In this document: positions 37,356 through 52,000 of the stretch, one piece after another
How the letters are laid out: each line of letters opens with the position of its first letter
Numbering within the stretch: the first letter of the stretch is position 1
Source of the DNA: Trichoplax adhaerens
Taxonomy: Eukaryota; Animalia; Placozoa
Direction: 5' to 3'
NCBI RefSeq assembly: GCF_000150275.1
Contig: NW_002060956.1
Location: 1,052,280 to 1,116,279, forward strand
DNA length: 64,000 bases
Position numbers and translations under genes: made by a program
The notes under the pieces: model-generated
What the model saw: the letters and a program-made list of their open reading frames with translations, nothing else
Told to the model about the DNA's origin: nothing
Database searches by the model: none

Positions 37356-40300
37356 CTAGATTATATCCTGTTCAAACCCAGATGATGATCCTCTGATTTG
37401 TAGATACAATTAATAGATTAATGAGACTATGGCAAGAAATTAGGACAGCCAATAGACTGATCAAACCGTAAAATTACGTACCGTTTCCTTAACCGGCTTA
37501 TTTCCCTTGTGGTTGAACGGAATAATAACTAAAAAAAATAAATTTGTCTTAGATGTATGATGCCCCATGAAATACTAATAAATACATTACAAATCCAAGT
37601 ATCAATAGATGTACTGTAAACGATTTATGATTAAAGCAGTCGCAACTACAGAAAAAGCGGCTTACCAATGCAGATGCACCTTCTGATGCCATCAACATGT
37701 AAAATACATGGGACCAACCCTATAAAAATACAGTGCGATGAAATGTTTACCATGTTGTACATGTTTGAATATAATAACGTTTAACAAATAAAATGAAAGA
37801 GTAATCAAAATAAGAGTTAGCTGAACTATATTGAAAGACTTACAGTCGGCACTATGTAACCAGTTAGTAATGGTCCCATAGCCGCACCTGAAGTAAATTA
37901 AGTTATATTTCATTATATCCACCACTTGCATTATAACTGCAGTGCCTTTCAGGATATCCCAAATATTTCTCAAGCGAAAAATATGGCATAGAGCAACAAC
38001 TTCAAATATATATTTCGAAACTAACCTATTCCACCAGTGCCGTTAATGATTGAACTCACAGTAGCTGTAGCTCTTTGATTACTCTTTAGTGATGGGTGAT
38101 TTCCCTGATTTTATTCATGCAATATATTATGTTAACTACGATTAAATCTAACATTATATGTATTAGGCAATATGCAAGGAAATGGGGACCTACCAATTCC
38201 GCAGAGACGGTAGTGATTATAAGTGCGCTAGGACCATAAACCGTGATACCACATAGCATCATAAGTACTAATAGGCGTATCAATTTACATTTATTAAAAG
38301 CAATATAAAAATAATAATAGAAATATATGTTTATCCAATTGTAAAACTTACCGATATTTACCGCTAAACTGATATGTCCAAAATAGTGATATATAAATAG
38401 CTGTAAGTATAAAATGATAAGAATTACTTTTAGAGCCGTTTGTATTACTTAAGTGTATTTGCCTTCTTATCAAGAACTTAAAAATGCTTTACCGAAGGAA
38501 CTGAGAGTAACAATAGGACAGTGCAAATAATAGCTTTGCATCCGGTCTTATCGATAATTAAGCCAGCACTTACACTACCTGTAATTGCATAAAATGAATT
38601 TCAGTACAGTAGTAATTTAGTTTAATATGACTATTGAATAGCTATCTAATTTGTCTGCTAATTATTACCTATTATGCCTCCGAGATCAAAAAAGACTGAA
38701 AGGAAAGCAGACTTCTCTGAACCATACCGGACGCCATTAATATCTGTAACAGTAGAAACTTTCAGTATTACATTTTCTCGTCCGTAATAAATTGTACAAT
38801 AAATTTAAAATATTTACCAATATCATCCAGATAAAACGGTAACCAATAAATAAATGTATAGCTGACCAATTTATTAAAAAAGAGGGCAAAAGCGAATATG
38901 GCTACGCTCTGAAAATAACATTAAAGCAACATTTAACATAAAATTTTTATTTTACGAAACTAGGAAAAATGTCCATTAAAGAAAATTAAACTCACGTCAA
39001 TTTTAATTGCATCAATAAACCTTATAGCAACTTTAGGTGGTGATTGCTGTCCAACGTTGAAGTAAGGAATAAGAATTTCGTAAGCATTAATACGTGGAAA
39101 GCATTGTATATCTATAAGTTTGTATTTACTATATTGCAAGAAGCTTTCTACACTCACATTATGGTGAATATCAGGCATATTAGCAGTATCAACTGAATTT
39201 ATACTACGATGACGAGAATGTAATAATCTTCCAGAGTTATCCTGCAGTATGTTAGATTCTTTCATGAGATAACAGCATACGTAAATTTATAGTATACAAT
39301 AGTACTCATTATGGTTAGTTAAATTATCATTAAAAGTATATATTGTACCTCTTCCACATAACTATTTGCCGTACTGTCATCCAGGAGCCTCTGTCGCTCA
39401 CCCTTAGTGCGATAATGATCATAATTGTTAGTCATCTGTATTCATATTAAAATAATTGCAAAACTTTATACTGTAAAATGATTTTTATTTGGTAGATTAC
39501 CGAGTTACGATAACGGTTGATTTCGTCTTCGTCCTTTCGCAGTTTGATTATTGTTGAAAATGAATTACATTCATTAATAAAAGGCTGTATGGAATGGGAA
39601 ATAACTAATAAGGTCTTATCTATAAAACTTGAATTAATTCATACATTTTGCTTCGGTTCTCGGCAGTCAACCTCAGAAGGTTCTTAAGGATAAAGTAACA
39701 TCAAGATTGAAAAGGAATAATAAAGATAACGCGGACTACATTATTACCGGCTCAGTAAATGTACGTTAGACCTATTTTTTATATGTTAAAAAAAGCATTT
39801 CTATACCTGTAACGAGAGTAAAGAATGTAACTATTCCAAAGACGGCCATTAAGATACCAGGGACAACAAATGACCAGCCCCTATTAATTACAATAATTAC
39901 GTTTTTGAACTCTATACTCCGCACTCCTAAAGTACTACAACCACAAATATTTAATAACAAATATATTAGTCATTATTCATAAGTCATTAGTACCATGCCC
40001 CGCTTGCCCAAATACCAGGAATTATCGACCCAAGAATATTTCCAACAGAAGTATGTGAGTACCAAATACCCATTACTAAGCCTCTCCTACATTGGTTTAA
40101 ATACGAACTTATTTAGCTTCGAAAATAATTTTTATATCAGTTATGATTATAGCATAAATGCTTTCTGCTGATTATTCTATATATTACCTTCCTTTTCCAT
40201 ACCAACTTGCAACACACGCAATTAAAATAGGTAATCCATTTGACTTTATAAAAAATTTAATAGGGTAAGCTTTATAACTAATATAGTATAATTTAATATG

Positions 40301-41827
40301 AAAAAGTTTAAACAATTTTAGATTATTGAAATATAATAATTTATTCAGTTTCTGAAGAATTATACCTGCACTAATCCATCTGCAATCTGTTTTACAATAA
40401 AAATAAAGATGTAAGCAATTTTAAAGTGATTTTCAGATCAACAAAACTCAAAGGTTATATAGTTGCAAAGATAACTGACCTGGAAGACTACAAAGTAAGC
40501 ATAGCTGTGTATTTTAAGGAAATAGCTTAGTCCAAGGGCAACTGTTACGACAGCAACAACTGTAGGTGGACAATTAAAGTTCTCCAATTAATATTTGAAC
40601 TACTCGTATTTAATTTTAATAGTTATCTACAAGTTTCGCTTGAATTATCCATGAAGTACGAGATTGCAAGTTTAAGCAACTTACGTAGCATACTGATAGT
40701 CAGAAAATATCTTTTATTGACCCGTTCAGCTATATAACCACTGTATCGATCAATAAAATTAAGTATTTAGTCATATCATATCGCATTGCGATTTCGCAGA
40801 ACTGATACAGTACTGCGTGGTCATTCATTTTTATATCGATACAGGGTATAATATTAATAGTAAACCGTGTTATATCAAGACTTTAATCACTATACGTATT
40901 TGACTTGCCTGACAATACCACCAAAAGCATAAAAGAGTAGAAAGAGCAGATCTAATACACCAAGCAGTTGACTTCCGTCGCTTGTACCTACATTGAATTG
41001 TAATTAATTTACAGTTTTGAGAGATTTTATATGATTTCTGTTAAGCAAAGAGCTTGGTCGAGACAAAGGCCGAAATAATTTTGCGGATTTTCGATATATG
41101 GTATATTAACTAAACTAAATACGTGAGAAACTAAACATATTTAAGTGTGATATTTTTAGGTGGGATAAAAATTCTAACGAGGTTCAATGCAAATTAAAAT
41201 CGCAAAATACAGTACTATTTTACCAAATGGTTTCCAATCAGGGCAGGGTACATATAAATGAGAGATGTTAGTATGATTTCCTTCAGCGCCAATAGCTGAG
41301 AGAAAATTTGAGCGAATTGGACCATGATCAAGGGTACAATTTGCCGTAAATAGAGAACTCTACAAGTAGTAATTTGGAAAGAAAGCGAGACATTTTTATC
41401 ATGGATAATATATTTAAGAAATATAATTAATAATTGGCTATGTAGTTATAACCGATAACTGCATTTAGGGGCCATAATGATTAACATAATAATTTAATTT
41501 AAAACATGTTATAAACTTTACGAGTATGCAAGGATTGGTAATTTGTAAGCAGCCTGTTAGATATGTACATACAGTATATCGCTAAGTAGAAATTCTAACT
41601 TTTTTGTAAGAATTTGATAATACTACCGAGATTATGATTATAGATATTAGTAAGTGATAATTTACTCGTCTATTAAAATTGTTCTGCTTTTAAATAAATG
41701 AAAAATTTGATTAATACATATGGATTTATTGAATATCATTATTACCTTAACAACAGATATCACCTTTCTAGTGATGTGATAGTTAGTATAGCAAATATAC
41801 GTCAAGACTAACGTCCACATACCATAC
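37356..41827 (-). CDS. SLC37A2: SLC37A1/A2-like sugar-phosphate exchanger (MFS, OPA family), paralog A; first coding exon not resolved
   Basis: Exons: YGMWTLVLTYICYTNYHITRKVISVVK, CPDWKPF, LLGVLDLLFLLFYAFG, RGLVMGIWYSHTSVGNILGSIIPGIWA, WGWSFVVPG, FNKLVSYTFIYWLPFYL, FLSVFFDLGGIIG, GPSALIITTVSAEL, GAAMGPLL and GWSHVFYML. Probable stop at 37356-37358. Confidence 0.85.
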
Positions 41828-43559
41828 CTAAGTGAAATGAAGTTAACAGGCAATGTTAAACAATAGACTGGGAAAAGCTTCTATTATCGAAATACAGGCT
41901 AAACTTTATATGGGATAATAAAAAACTGAATAACTTCAAACCAATCTCTAGTATACTAAGTAGAAATCTAGCTACTGTTAAGTTTCAATCATTATAGCTG
42001 TAACTTGCGGTACAATATTATACGCCTATTAATCGCATAATGCTGAATATAGGTACGCGTATTACATACTGTTGGCTGCAGATGAAAACGTAGCTACTGA
42101 CTTATTCTACAGTAGAGCGAGTATTGTATTTATATCCATTGCGATCAGAATTCATTATTATATTATCTGCATCTTTGCTTCTACCATAATGGAGTTTGCA
42201 ATATGCGTTTGTAAATTATAACGCAATTTAATTTGTTGCCATAGGTACTTGTAGTTGAATAATGAATTGATTAAGAAAATGCTATATGAAATTACTCAGT
42301 TGGTAGATAAATTTTGATACGAAGTAACATATTCGTTTATCATCTGAACATATGTTTACATTTACTTACAATACTATTTTTTGTACTGAAAGACTACTTC
42401 ATTGTAGCTATTTGTGCTACTACGAACTTTAATCATCAAGAAGATAAACTCTTTTAAGTCATTTATTGCAAGTTTAGCGAGTTATTGACTACATTTTATA
42501 CTGAGTAAGAAGTAATCACGCTAACGAGTTCTTACTATATTCAATTGTAGAATTGTAGAAATCATAAAATGTTTGACAAGATTCATTGGCTTTGAATTAC
42601 TACAATTGGTCATTCATTTCGATGATGATCCTATACTCATGCAGGAAGAAATATCCCAAGAGCAGGACCTTCACGGGATCAGTACACACTTCCATAGTGC
42701 TGAGTTAAGAACTATTGGATAAGGTATTTACACTCATATTACACCTAGGTTTGATCTATTCGATAGAAGAATAAGTTGATGAATTCACTTGCATAAGTTT
42801 TAAAATTGTTCAACGTAAATGGTTTCAATAAGATAGTGAAATTCAAAGTGATGGACTGAAGTATTTTTGAGTTCGTTTGTTGATCGTGATTCTGCTATTG
42901 ATGATCATCAGTTAGCATACCCTATTAGCCTTCCAGTACTATGAAGACTTACAGTAAAGTGTTTATAAATATACTATAACAAAGTGGATTAGGAATACGA
43001 GACTATCACACATTATCTTTACGTGATTATTTGCTAAATACAGTGAGTATAGTGCCCATAGAACCAATATTTTTCGATCCACTACAAGTTCGATTATTTC
43101 CAAGATCAATCAGAGTATTCTTAGCATGTGCCTTACGCTCAAATACCTACGATGGGCATGTTAGTTGTTCTGTGCTCTCCATGCTTGAGTATTTTTATAT
43201 GGAAGTAAACTGCTGCAGAACATTATTGTTCCATAATAACTGTACTGTATTTGCTAATGGCTTTGAAGGTTAGTCCAAGACTTTTTACTTCAAATGCAAT
43301 CAATACCTTGTATCCTTGACACAATGAATTGAGTAAGCAAAAACCGCTTTCTCTTCTACGGTTTATGAGCTAGTACAGTATATAATTTCATTGGACTATC
43401 TACCAGATAGGTCGTACTGTGAATTTTCCATAATAGCAGAAGATCAATGTACCTTTATTCTTTCATTTTTTGAAAGAAAGAAACCATTTCATTTCCTCCA
43501 TCTACAGCACAACCACAGGTAGAATAGGCTAAAGAGATTATGATTAATTATTTTCTATA

Positions 43560-44600
43560 AGGGTGATATCTCCCTTTGCTGACACAAGCACAGCGTACAG
43601 CACGACAGTACATTTGGTTGACCAATAAAGAGTAATTTCATTGAGAAAATTCTAAAAATTTGTATCATTTCAAAGGGCGTAAAATGGTTTGCAAATTTCA
43701 CGTTACTACAGCACAATAACACAATCTTGGATTGGCTAAAGTTATCACGACTAATTATTTTGCATAAGAGCAATATCTGCAATTCCTGAGACAAGCAGCA
43801 TGATAGTTCGTGTGCATGATCAATCAAGGATAATTTCATTGACAAAATTCTACTAAGAATTTTATATCATTTGAAAGGATGTTGACATGATTGCAAATAT
43901 AGTATGACCTTGATACAATCTATTTTCGATAATGTTGATATCTCCTATTCCTGATATAAGCACAGCTAGCACACAGCATGATAGTATCAATCAAGGATAA
44001 TTTCATTAACAAAATTCTACTAAGAATTTTGTATCATTTGAAAGGATGTTGAAATGATTGCAAATACAATATGACCTTGGTACAATCTATTTTCGATAAT
44101 GGTGATATCTCTTATTCCTGATACAAGCACAGCTAGCATACAGTATGATAGTACAGTAGGTGTTGTTGATCAATCAAGGATAATTTCATTAACAAAATTA
44201 ACAAAATTCTACTAAGAATTTTGTATCATTTGAAAGGATGTCAAAATGATTGCAAATACAGAATGACCTTGGTACAATCTATTTTCGATAATGTTGATAT
44301 CTCCTATTCTTGATACAAGCACAGCCAGCATACAACATGATAGTAGGTGTTGTTGATTAATCAAGGATAATTTCATTAATAAAATTCTACTAAGAATTTT
44401 GTATCATTTGAAAGGATGTTGAAATGATTGGAAATACAGTATCAGCTTGATACAATCTATTTTCGATAAGGTTGATTTCTCCTATTACTGATACAAGTAC
44501 AGTATACAGCATGATAGTAGGTAGGTGTTGTAGATCAATCAAAGGATAATTTCATCGACAAAATTCAACTAAGAATTTTCGACCACTTCAAGGCCGTCAA
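43560..44600. repeat. Tandem array of ~180 bp units, ~5.5-6 copies, hairpin-containing
   Basis: The anchor aatcaaggataatttcatt occurs at ~43624 (diverged), 43822, 43989, 44172, 44359 and 44537, giving spacings of 198, 167, 183, 187 and 178. Confidence 0.92.
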
Positions 44601-45637
44601 AATGAAACCAAACATCACTTTACGACATTACTCCTAGGACAGCAGTGCAGTAAATAGACTAAAGTCGTCCTATCTCATTGGCTACGATAGCAATAATATC
44701 CTCCATGGATGACTTCCTTCCACTCCACTCATTATTATATCAATGAAGAATAATTCCAGCGAGAACATAGAGACCTACAATAGTCTACGCAGCATTTGCA
44801 ATGTCATGCAAAGCATGCACTTTCAACTCATTCAACGCCTTTATACCTTGGTTGAATAAAGCGTCCAATGATCATCATTTTGGGTGGGATAATAATGATC
44901 ATCAGACCGCCAATATAATCCCTACTATTATTACTTTAAATAAACTTACAAGGATTCTCTTTCTTGTCGCCTTAAAAAACGAATAAGTGGTGGAGCATTT
45001 TTATCGATATTCCGGCGTCGAACGTGGCTATAGCCAACCGGTAAATCGTTGTCTTGTGAAGCCATCAAGTCGTTGTCCTGCATTGCGTTTACAAGTTGAA
45101 GTGATCGATTGATGCCAAACAAAATGGAACCACTACGGAATATATACTTTATGCGATACTAGAGTGGATTTGGGGGGGGGGGGATTCTCAATATTCTAAT
45201 TAGCCTTAATATTCACAGAGTAGAGAAGGAAGAGGCTGAAAAAGTAGACAGAAGAAGAATTTCCTATTTCAAACAGAAAATTAAATTTGTCAATTTGTTG
45301 ATTCCATTGGTTGCCGCCGCTATCCTACAAGTTGAATCGTGGGTGGACGCTACACTCGCCATTGAGTCGACTGACGACAGCAGTGAATAGTAAGTAGTTC
45401 GACTGTAGGAGGTGTCAACAGAAAAATGAAAAGACGTACCGTATGTGTGTGTATCGTACAATAGCCGCAAGACCGTGGTGCATTGCATAGACAATGAACT
45501 CGATCGTGGTCAATTGCTATACTAATTGAGTCATTTCTCCAACGTATTACGTTATCGTGACGTGGGTGACGTGATTTCATAGCAGGTCAGTCACTTGAAG
45601 GTCGGCAAGTCTCGTTCAGGTCACGAGAGCTACGCTT

Positions 45638-46865
45638 GTCAATCCGTCAGTACTTCTAAGTCTGGAAATGGTAGTCAATCTGTTGACCTAATCCGCTAGT
45701 CCACAAGCAATCTAGTGCTGCAGCTAAAGTATTGGAGTCCAATGCATGACACTCCTAACCGTCTAACTGCTATACTTGATTATTGATGTCGAATTTGCTT
45801 GTCCATGGTGAATCAATAAAACTTTTCATGTTGATTTTTACATCAATCTTGTATCAGTGATAATATCTGTATCGATCTCGAAATTGGAGTCAATCCGTTC
45901 ACCTAATCCGCTAGTCTACAAGCAATCTAGTGCTGCAGCTAAAGTATTGGAGTCCAATGCATGACACTCCTAACCGTCTAACTGCTATACTTGATTATTG
46001 ATGTCGAATTTGCTTGTCCATGGTGAATCAATAAAACTTTTCATGTTGATTTTTACATCAATCTTGTATCAGTGATAATATCTGTATCGATCTCGAAATT
46101 GGAGTCAATCCGTTGACCTAATCCGCTAGTCCACAAGCAATCTAGTGCTGCAGCTAAAGAATTGGAGTCCAATGCATGACACTCCTAACCGTCTAACTGC
46201 TATACTTGATTATTGATGTCGAATTTGCTTGTCCATGGTGAATCAATAAAACTTTTCATGTTGATTTTTACATCAATCTTGTATCAGTGATAATATCTGT
46301 ATCGATCTCGAAATTGGAGTCAATCCGTTGACCTAATCCGCTGGTCCACAAGCAATCCAGCCGCAGCTAAAGCGTTGGAGTCCAACGCACGACACTGCTA
46401 TACTTGATTGATATCGAATTTGCTTGTTTATGGTGAATCAATAAAAGTTTTCATGTTGATTTTTACATCAATCTTGTATTAGTGATAATATCTGCTTAGA
46501 TCAGTGAAAGCTCATCATATTAATGATACTTCTGAAAATATCATATCTCTATTATAATTATTGGACACGATCAATATTAGCAGTATTAGTCAATCCGTCA
46601 GGACTTCTTCAGGTCTTTCATTAAATCGGAGGCAATCCGTTCAACTAATCGCTAGCCCACAAGCAATCCAGTGCTGCACCCTAAGTATGGAGTCGAATGC
46701 ACGACACTGGTATTTGCTATACTTGATTAATGTCGAATTTACTTGTCCATGATTAATAAATAAAAGTTTTCATGTCGATTTTACATCAATCGATCATCAG
46801 TGATAATATCCGTATAGATCAGCGAAAGCTCATCATGCTAATGATATTTATGAAAATATCACCTA
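45638..46865. repeat. Tandem array of 215 bp units: three near-identical copies plus two diverged copies
   Basis: The anchor acctaatccgct occurs at 45686, 45901, 46116 and 46331 (period exactly 215). A fifth, diverged copy lies near 46640. Confidence 0.95.
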
Positions 46866-49057
46866 TTTTTCCAGATATTCATAGAGATAAAAGAAAAATT
46901 CACACTAATAATACCAAATCGAAGCTCGATTCGCTTCTCAACTTGCAACAGGCTTTCCTACTATCGAATCATAATACTATTGATATACGATTGAGTATCA
47001 AGAATTTACTGGGTCCGTCTAATGTACTTAATCCATATCATTTTATAAATAGTTAATAATTAGAATTAGAATTGAACTAGAATGAATTAAGAATCAGTCA
47101 AAGGCATCGATTGATTTACTGATGATTCTATCTCCAGCTACTGCTTAATTGTTGGCTGAATTGCATAAAGAGTACAACGAATGTATGATCTGTCTCTTCT
47201 TTCATCAGCCCAGCTCTAAGTTATAAAGGATGCTGACTGATTACACTGAAATAAGATTCTATCCACCATCAATCTGCATACCGCAGTGACATCTTCGTAT
47301 TGAACGATGAAAAATGAACAAAAATAATTTCCACCAGCGCCAACCTTATTAATGGAGTCATTATCTACAGCCACTGGTTTTAGCAGCTTTAGACAACACT
47401 TTAGCGTACAATAATAAACTGAAATAATTACAGTACTGTTGATTGTAAATAAAAATATATTACGTAAATCTCTTCTTTCTTCGCTGGTCATGTGTATCTT
47501 ATACAGTCATTAAACAGATATTTTGATCCTATAGTAACCCTTGATCAAAATAATAGCTAGATCTGTCTGAATTATAATGATGAATAATTTAAGGTGACAT
47601 TTCACACTACTTCGATAGTGTTCAGTAAGTTTTTGAATATCTCTTCTTTATTCATTAGCTTAGAATGTTCCCGTGCATAAGTAGTGATCCCATAGGAATC
47701 CTTTACTTAGGGAGAAAATGACATTCATTCTCCGTTCCGCTCTGCGTTTAATATCAAATCGAGTAAATAGGACAGCAATGGTGTACAGCTAGTGATACTC
47801 TTGCTTAGATGAGGTAAGTAAAGATGAGATCGTCATTTTTTTATTGTTCCACAACACCATAGTAATTACTACTGCTAGATAGAAATCTTTGTAAGGAATG
47901 GCAATGCAGTAGAAGCAGCTCCTATTCATTTATAGAGTTTGAAATTACTTGGCTTTGCACTACTGCAATTTCGATACTCATCACAACTTTATCCAAACTT
48001 TGCCAACACAGCAATTTTGTAGTCTTTTCATCAATCATAGGCATTTTTTATTCGTTAACAAAATGTGCTGATTATTAATAATAGATGCTGCAGCTAAGTT
48101 AACGTCTATGTTGAAAGCTTACAGCATGTCTTAGTATGTAATACTGTATATAGAATAAATTTTTATAGTATTAATTTATAATACTATAGATATAGGATAT
48201 TTTAAACACTTACGGCGTCTTTTATTTTTAGTCGTATAAAAGCATTTCTATCGTAATGATTTCTCAATTACTAACACTTGTAGTATAGTAGTAATTGATG
48301 TGGTCACTGTGGCACTCATACGTCGTACACTGGCCATAGCCTACTACGAGCGTACAAACCGTGGTGTAAAGCTTGTTCTTGCCAATAAAATATTCTTCTA
48401 GTACTTATATTGCTATTCCGGTAATTCAAAATATGCAATCATTGTCTTGTCATTATAATCAGAATAATTTAGATTTACATACAGTAACGATAGTTATGGA
48501 TACAATTTCTTATACACGATACACTTATACACTTATATCGTATACGCTCATAGAAGGAAAAGACAATTAGACCATCAAATTTGTTCGATGGAAATATTGG
48601 TCAAGATACATTTCTATTTTGCCTTCGTAATAAAATATATCTTCGAAGATGAATAACTATGTGCAATAGAGGCCATGGCTATGCTATTTTATGAAAATGA
48701 ATTAATGAATATTTATCAAAGTAAGATCAACCTTCTTGGTAAAAACACAAGAAAAAAATTGATTATAAAAAGTGATGATTCAATGCACCGATATCTATTT
48801 TTCATCTTCCATAAAGCTGTTGGAAATACAGTAATTAAAAAATAATGACAGTTTACCATACTAAAATAGTTCATTCTTAGCAGACAAACGATTCAATCGC
48901 ATCTGTCCAGTAGTTTGCAATTAAGACCGTTCAAAATAACAGCAATAATAAAATTGAAATTATCCAAATAGAATCCGGGAATGAAATTGGCATTTAGCGC
49001 TTTAATATAAGCGACGTTTCTTCCAACGATAATTATAATTACATGTCATAACTAGTA

Positions 49058-52000
49058 TTATGCAGTAGCGACTACTTTGCCATTTTCGTTGAACGAGTAC
49101 GTTCTTTCGCTTCTATACAAAATAACGTTAATAATTTTGTTAGAATGATAGGCATAAATATTTTGAACTATCATAATATATTAAAATTGGTCCCAAGTAA
49201 TCTGAAACATACCGATTATTTTTGCAATATCCCTTACACTCTTTAATCAGAGGGCCTAGTAAAGCCTAAAAATAGACGTCCATATTCATCACAAGGTAAT
49301 ATAAGACAAACCACTCTTATAAACTATTTTTTTTCGATACGATTTAGATTTCTGAGCAACAAAACTAAGTGTGGTTACTTACAAGAAGCGAACACAATTC
49401 AGAAGCCATCATAGTATAGAATACGTTCATCCAACCCTAAGGAAAAGCAGAATCGCACCGTTATGCTATTGCAATTCACTCAGACTACTTGCACGATCTT
49501 CTATACGTATTCAATTTTCGTACATATTCTTTTAACTATATGACTTACTGTTGGTTGTATGATGCCTGCTAGTAAAGGTCCCAACGCAGCACCTTGGAAG
49601 TGGTTATGTCAATTGTCGGTTAGTATAGAAGTTGTTAAATGATATACGCATAGAGCCAGTTATACTAACCTAATGAGCCTGTAGAATCTATAATTGCCGT
49701 TACAGTAGCGGTAGCTTCTTGATTTCCTTGAAGTGATGGGTTATGTCCCTAATTAATCAGAGGCAGTATTCGTTATCAAAGAGCGGAAACGATGATATTG
49801 ATCAAATTAAAACAACTAAATTTTCAACGTACCAGTTCAGCTGATACTGCTGTGGTAATTAATGCGTATGGTCCATTGACAGTTATGCCAGAAAAAATCA
49901 TTAACACTGCAACAAATGCAGATATCCATCCATCAATTTCATTTCATTACCTATTACTGTAACAAATTATAACTTGACAAGTAGAAAAACATAACTTACA
50001 AATATTTAATCCTAGACTCTTCGTTCCGTACAATTGATATACAAAGAGCTGTTAATTGAATAATAAAGAAATGCTCATTACATGTATGCAACAATATCAA
50101 GATAATATAAATATCCAAAATCCCTAAAATTAATACATCGATATCTTATATATATCGATACTTACAATAGGAATAGAAGCTGCCAACATTATTATACAAA
50201 TTAGTGCTTTTGCGCCAGTCTTGTCAGTCAATATACCAGCTAGTACACCCCCTTTTTACAAAATAAAATGATTTAAACTTATTTTGATGAAGGCATAGCT
50301 TATTATGACGGGTTTTATGGTAGACTTTAAAGTATTACCAAGCACTAATAATGCAAATTAAAAACAATACTAAGTTGTCATACCGATGATTCCTCCAACA
50401 TCAAAGAAGATAGAAAGGAATGCGGCTTTCTTACCACCATATCGAATTCCTCCAATAACTACGCAAAAAGGCATATTCGTATTGTAAGAGGAAGACAGTC
50501 ATAAAAAATAACAAAACTTTGAGATAAAAAATCGGATGTCAAACAAACTACGTACGTATATTATCCAGATAGAAAGGCAGCCAAAATAGGAATGTATAGC
50601 TGACAAGTTTATTAAAAAATAAGGCCAGGGAAAAGTACACAACGCCCTGAATAATTATACCTATTTAGTAATAGTTAGAGAAAAGAGCGTAAAGGTTGTA
50701 TTCTTCATCATACTTCAATTCTCAACGCTTCTAAAATTGTTATAGCCTTGTGAGTTTGCGGAGCCTACAAAATATAATATTTTGGAGAGTCAATTACGAA
50801 ATAATCGATTTTGACACAAAATAATAATGTCTTATAACATAGACAAAATAATATTAAGTTCAAAAATTAGATAGCAGTTACAATATCATTACATTGTAAT
50901 TAATTAGGCAGTGGATAGCTACTATTACTGACATAAAGATTATTAATTTAAGGTTACATTGCATAATAATCCTATACATTAGCTTACCTCCTGAGTTATA
51001 GTCTCTGCAGTTTCTGCCGATGCTAAAAGTTGGTCTCGTTCGTTCTAAATTTGGGTACATTCAATTTCGCTATCAAAATTTTATATGAAAAAACTAGCTA
51101 AACGATGTCAATTTCGTACAAATTGCAATTGGTCACTTGTTGATGATTCTTCAGATGGCTCATCCTGTAGACAATTTACAATATTAGTTAATATAAATCT
51201 AGCATCAAGCAATTTACGAAAGCTTGATGAAATAATAATTATGCTATTTTTATGGAAACGAAATCTGTAAAGCATTAGTAGCTTACATTTTGGCGCGGTT
51301 TAGCACAATCGACTTCATCAGGCGCTAAGAATTAAATCGTTAAAATAATTTTAGATCACGAATAATCAAATATTATACCTTTAGTATGTCTGTTACTCTA
51401 TAAATTCTTAGCATAATTATATATCAAATAAAATTACCTGCTACAAGAGTTAAGAAAACCAAAACTGCAATAACTGCAGTTATGATAGCTGGAACAATGA
51501 ATGACCAACCCCTGATCGTTAAATATAAAGAAATATTCATTCTTTCACTTGATATTATTACTACCAAGAGTTAGCTACAGTAAATATTATTCTTGAAGGG
51601 TTCAACACCAATAAGTCTAGTAAAAATTAGTACACGTTATTACTTTAATTTAATCTTACCAATTACCCTGCGCCCATAATCCTGGAATCACTGAGCCCAA
51701 CATGTTGCCAAAAGATGTATGTGAATTCCACACTCCCATGATAAAACCTCTCCTATAAATTTTTACAAAACAGCGGACTCATTTAGCCATTAGGAGAAGT
51801 CCATCATGCTAATTTATTGATAAGTATAGACATCTTACTTGCTTTTCCCATACCAGTTGGAAACAATTGCTACAACAGTTGGCCAGCCTGTCGACTATAA
51901 GATAAGATGAGTCGAAATGAATGCAAATGTTATCTGTTTTCGTACAATAAAAGGATACTTGTTGCAACTAGATAATTATCAGTAGCCATGCATAGAATAA

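Noticed and set aside
51949-51958. GTATCCTTT (minus strand) inside an SLC37 paralog B intron
   Set aside because: It is internal to a normal GTAACA...TAG intron that already gives the correct frame. There is no U12 branch point and no equivalent was seen in paralogs A or C.
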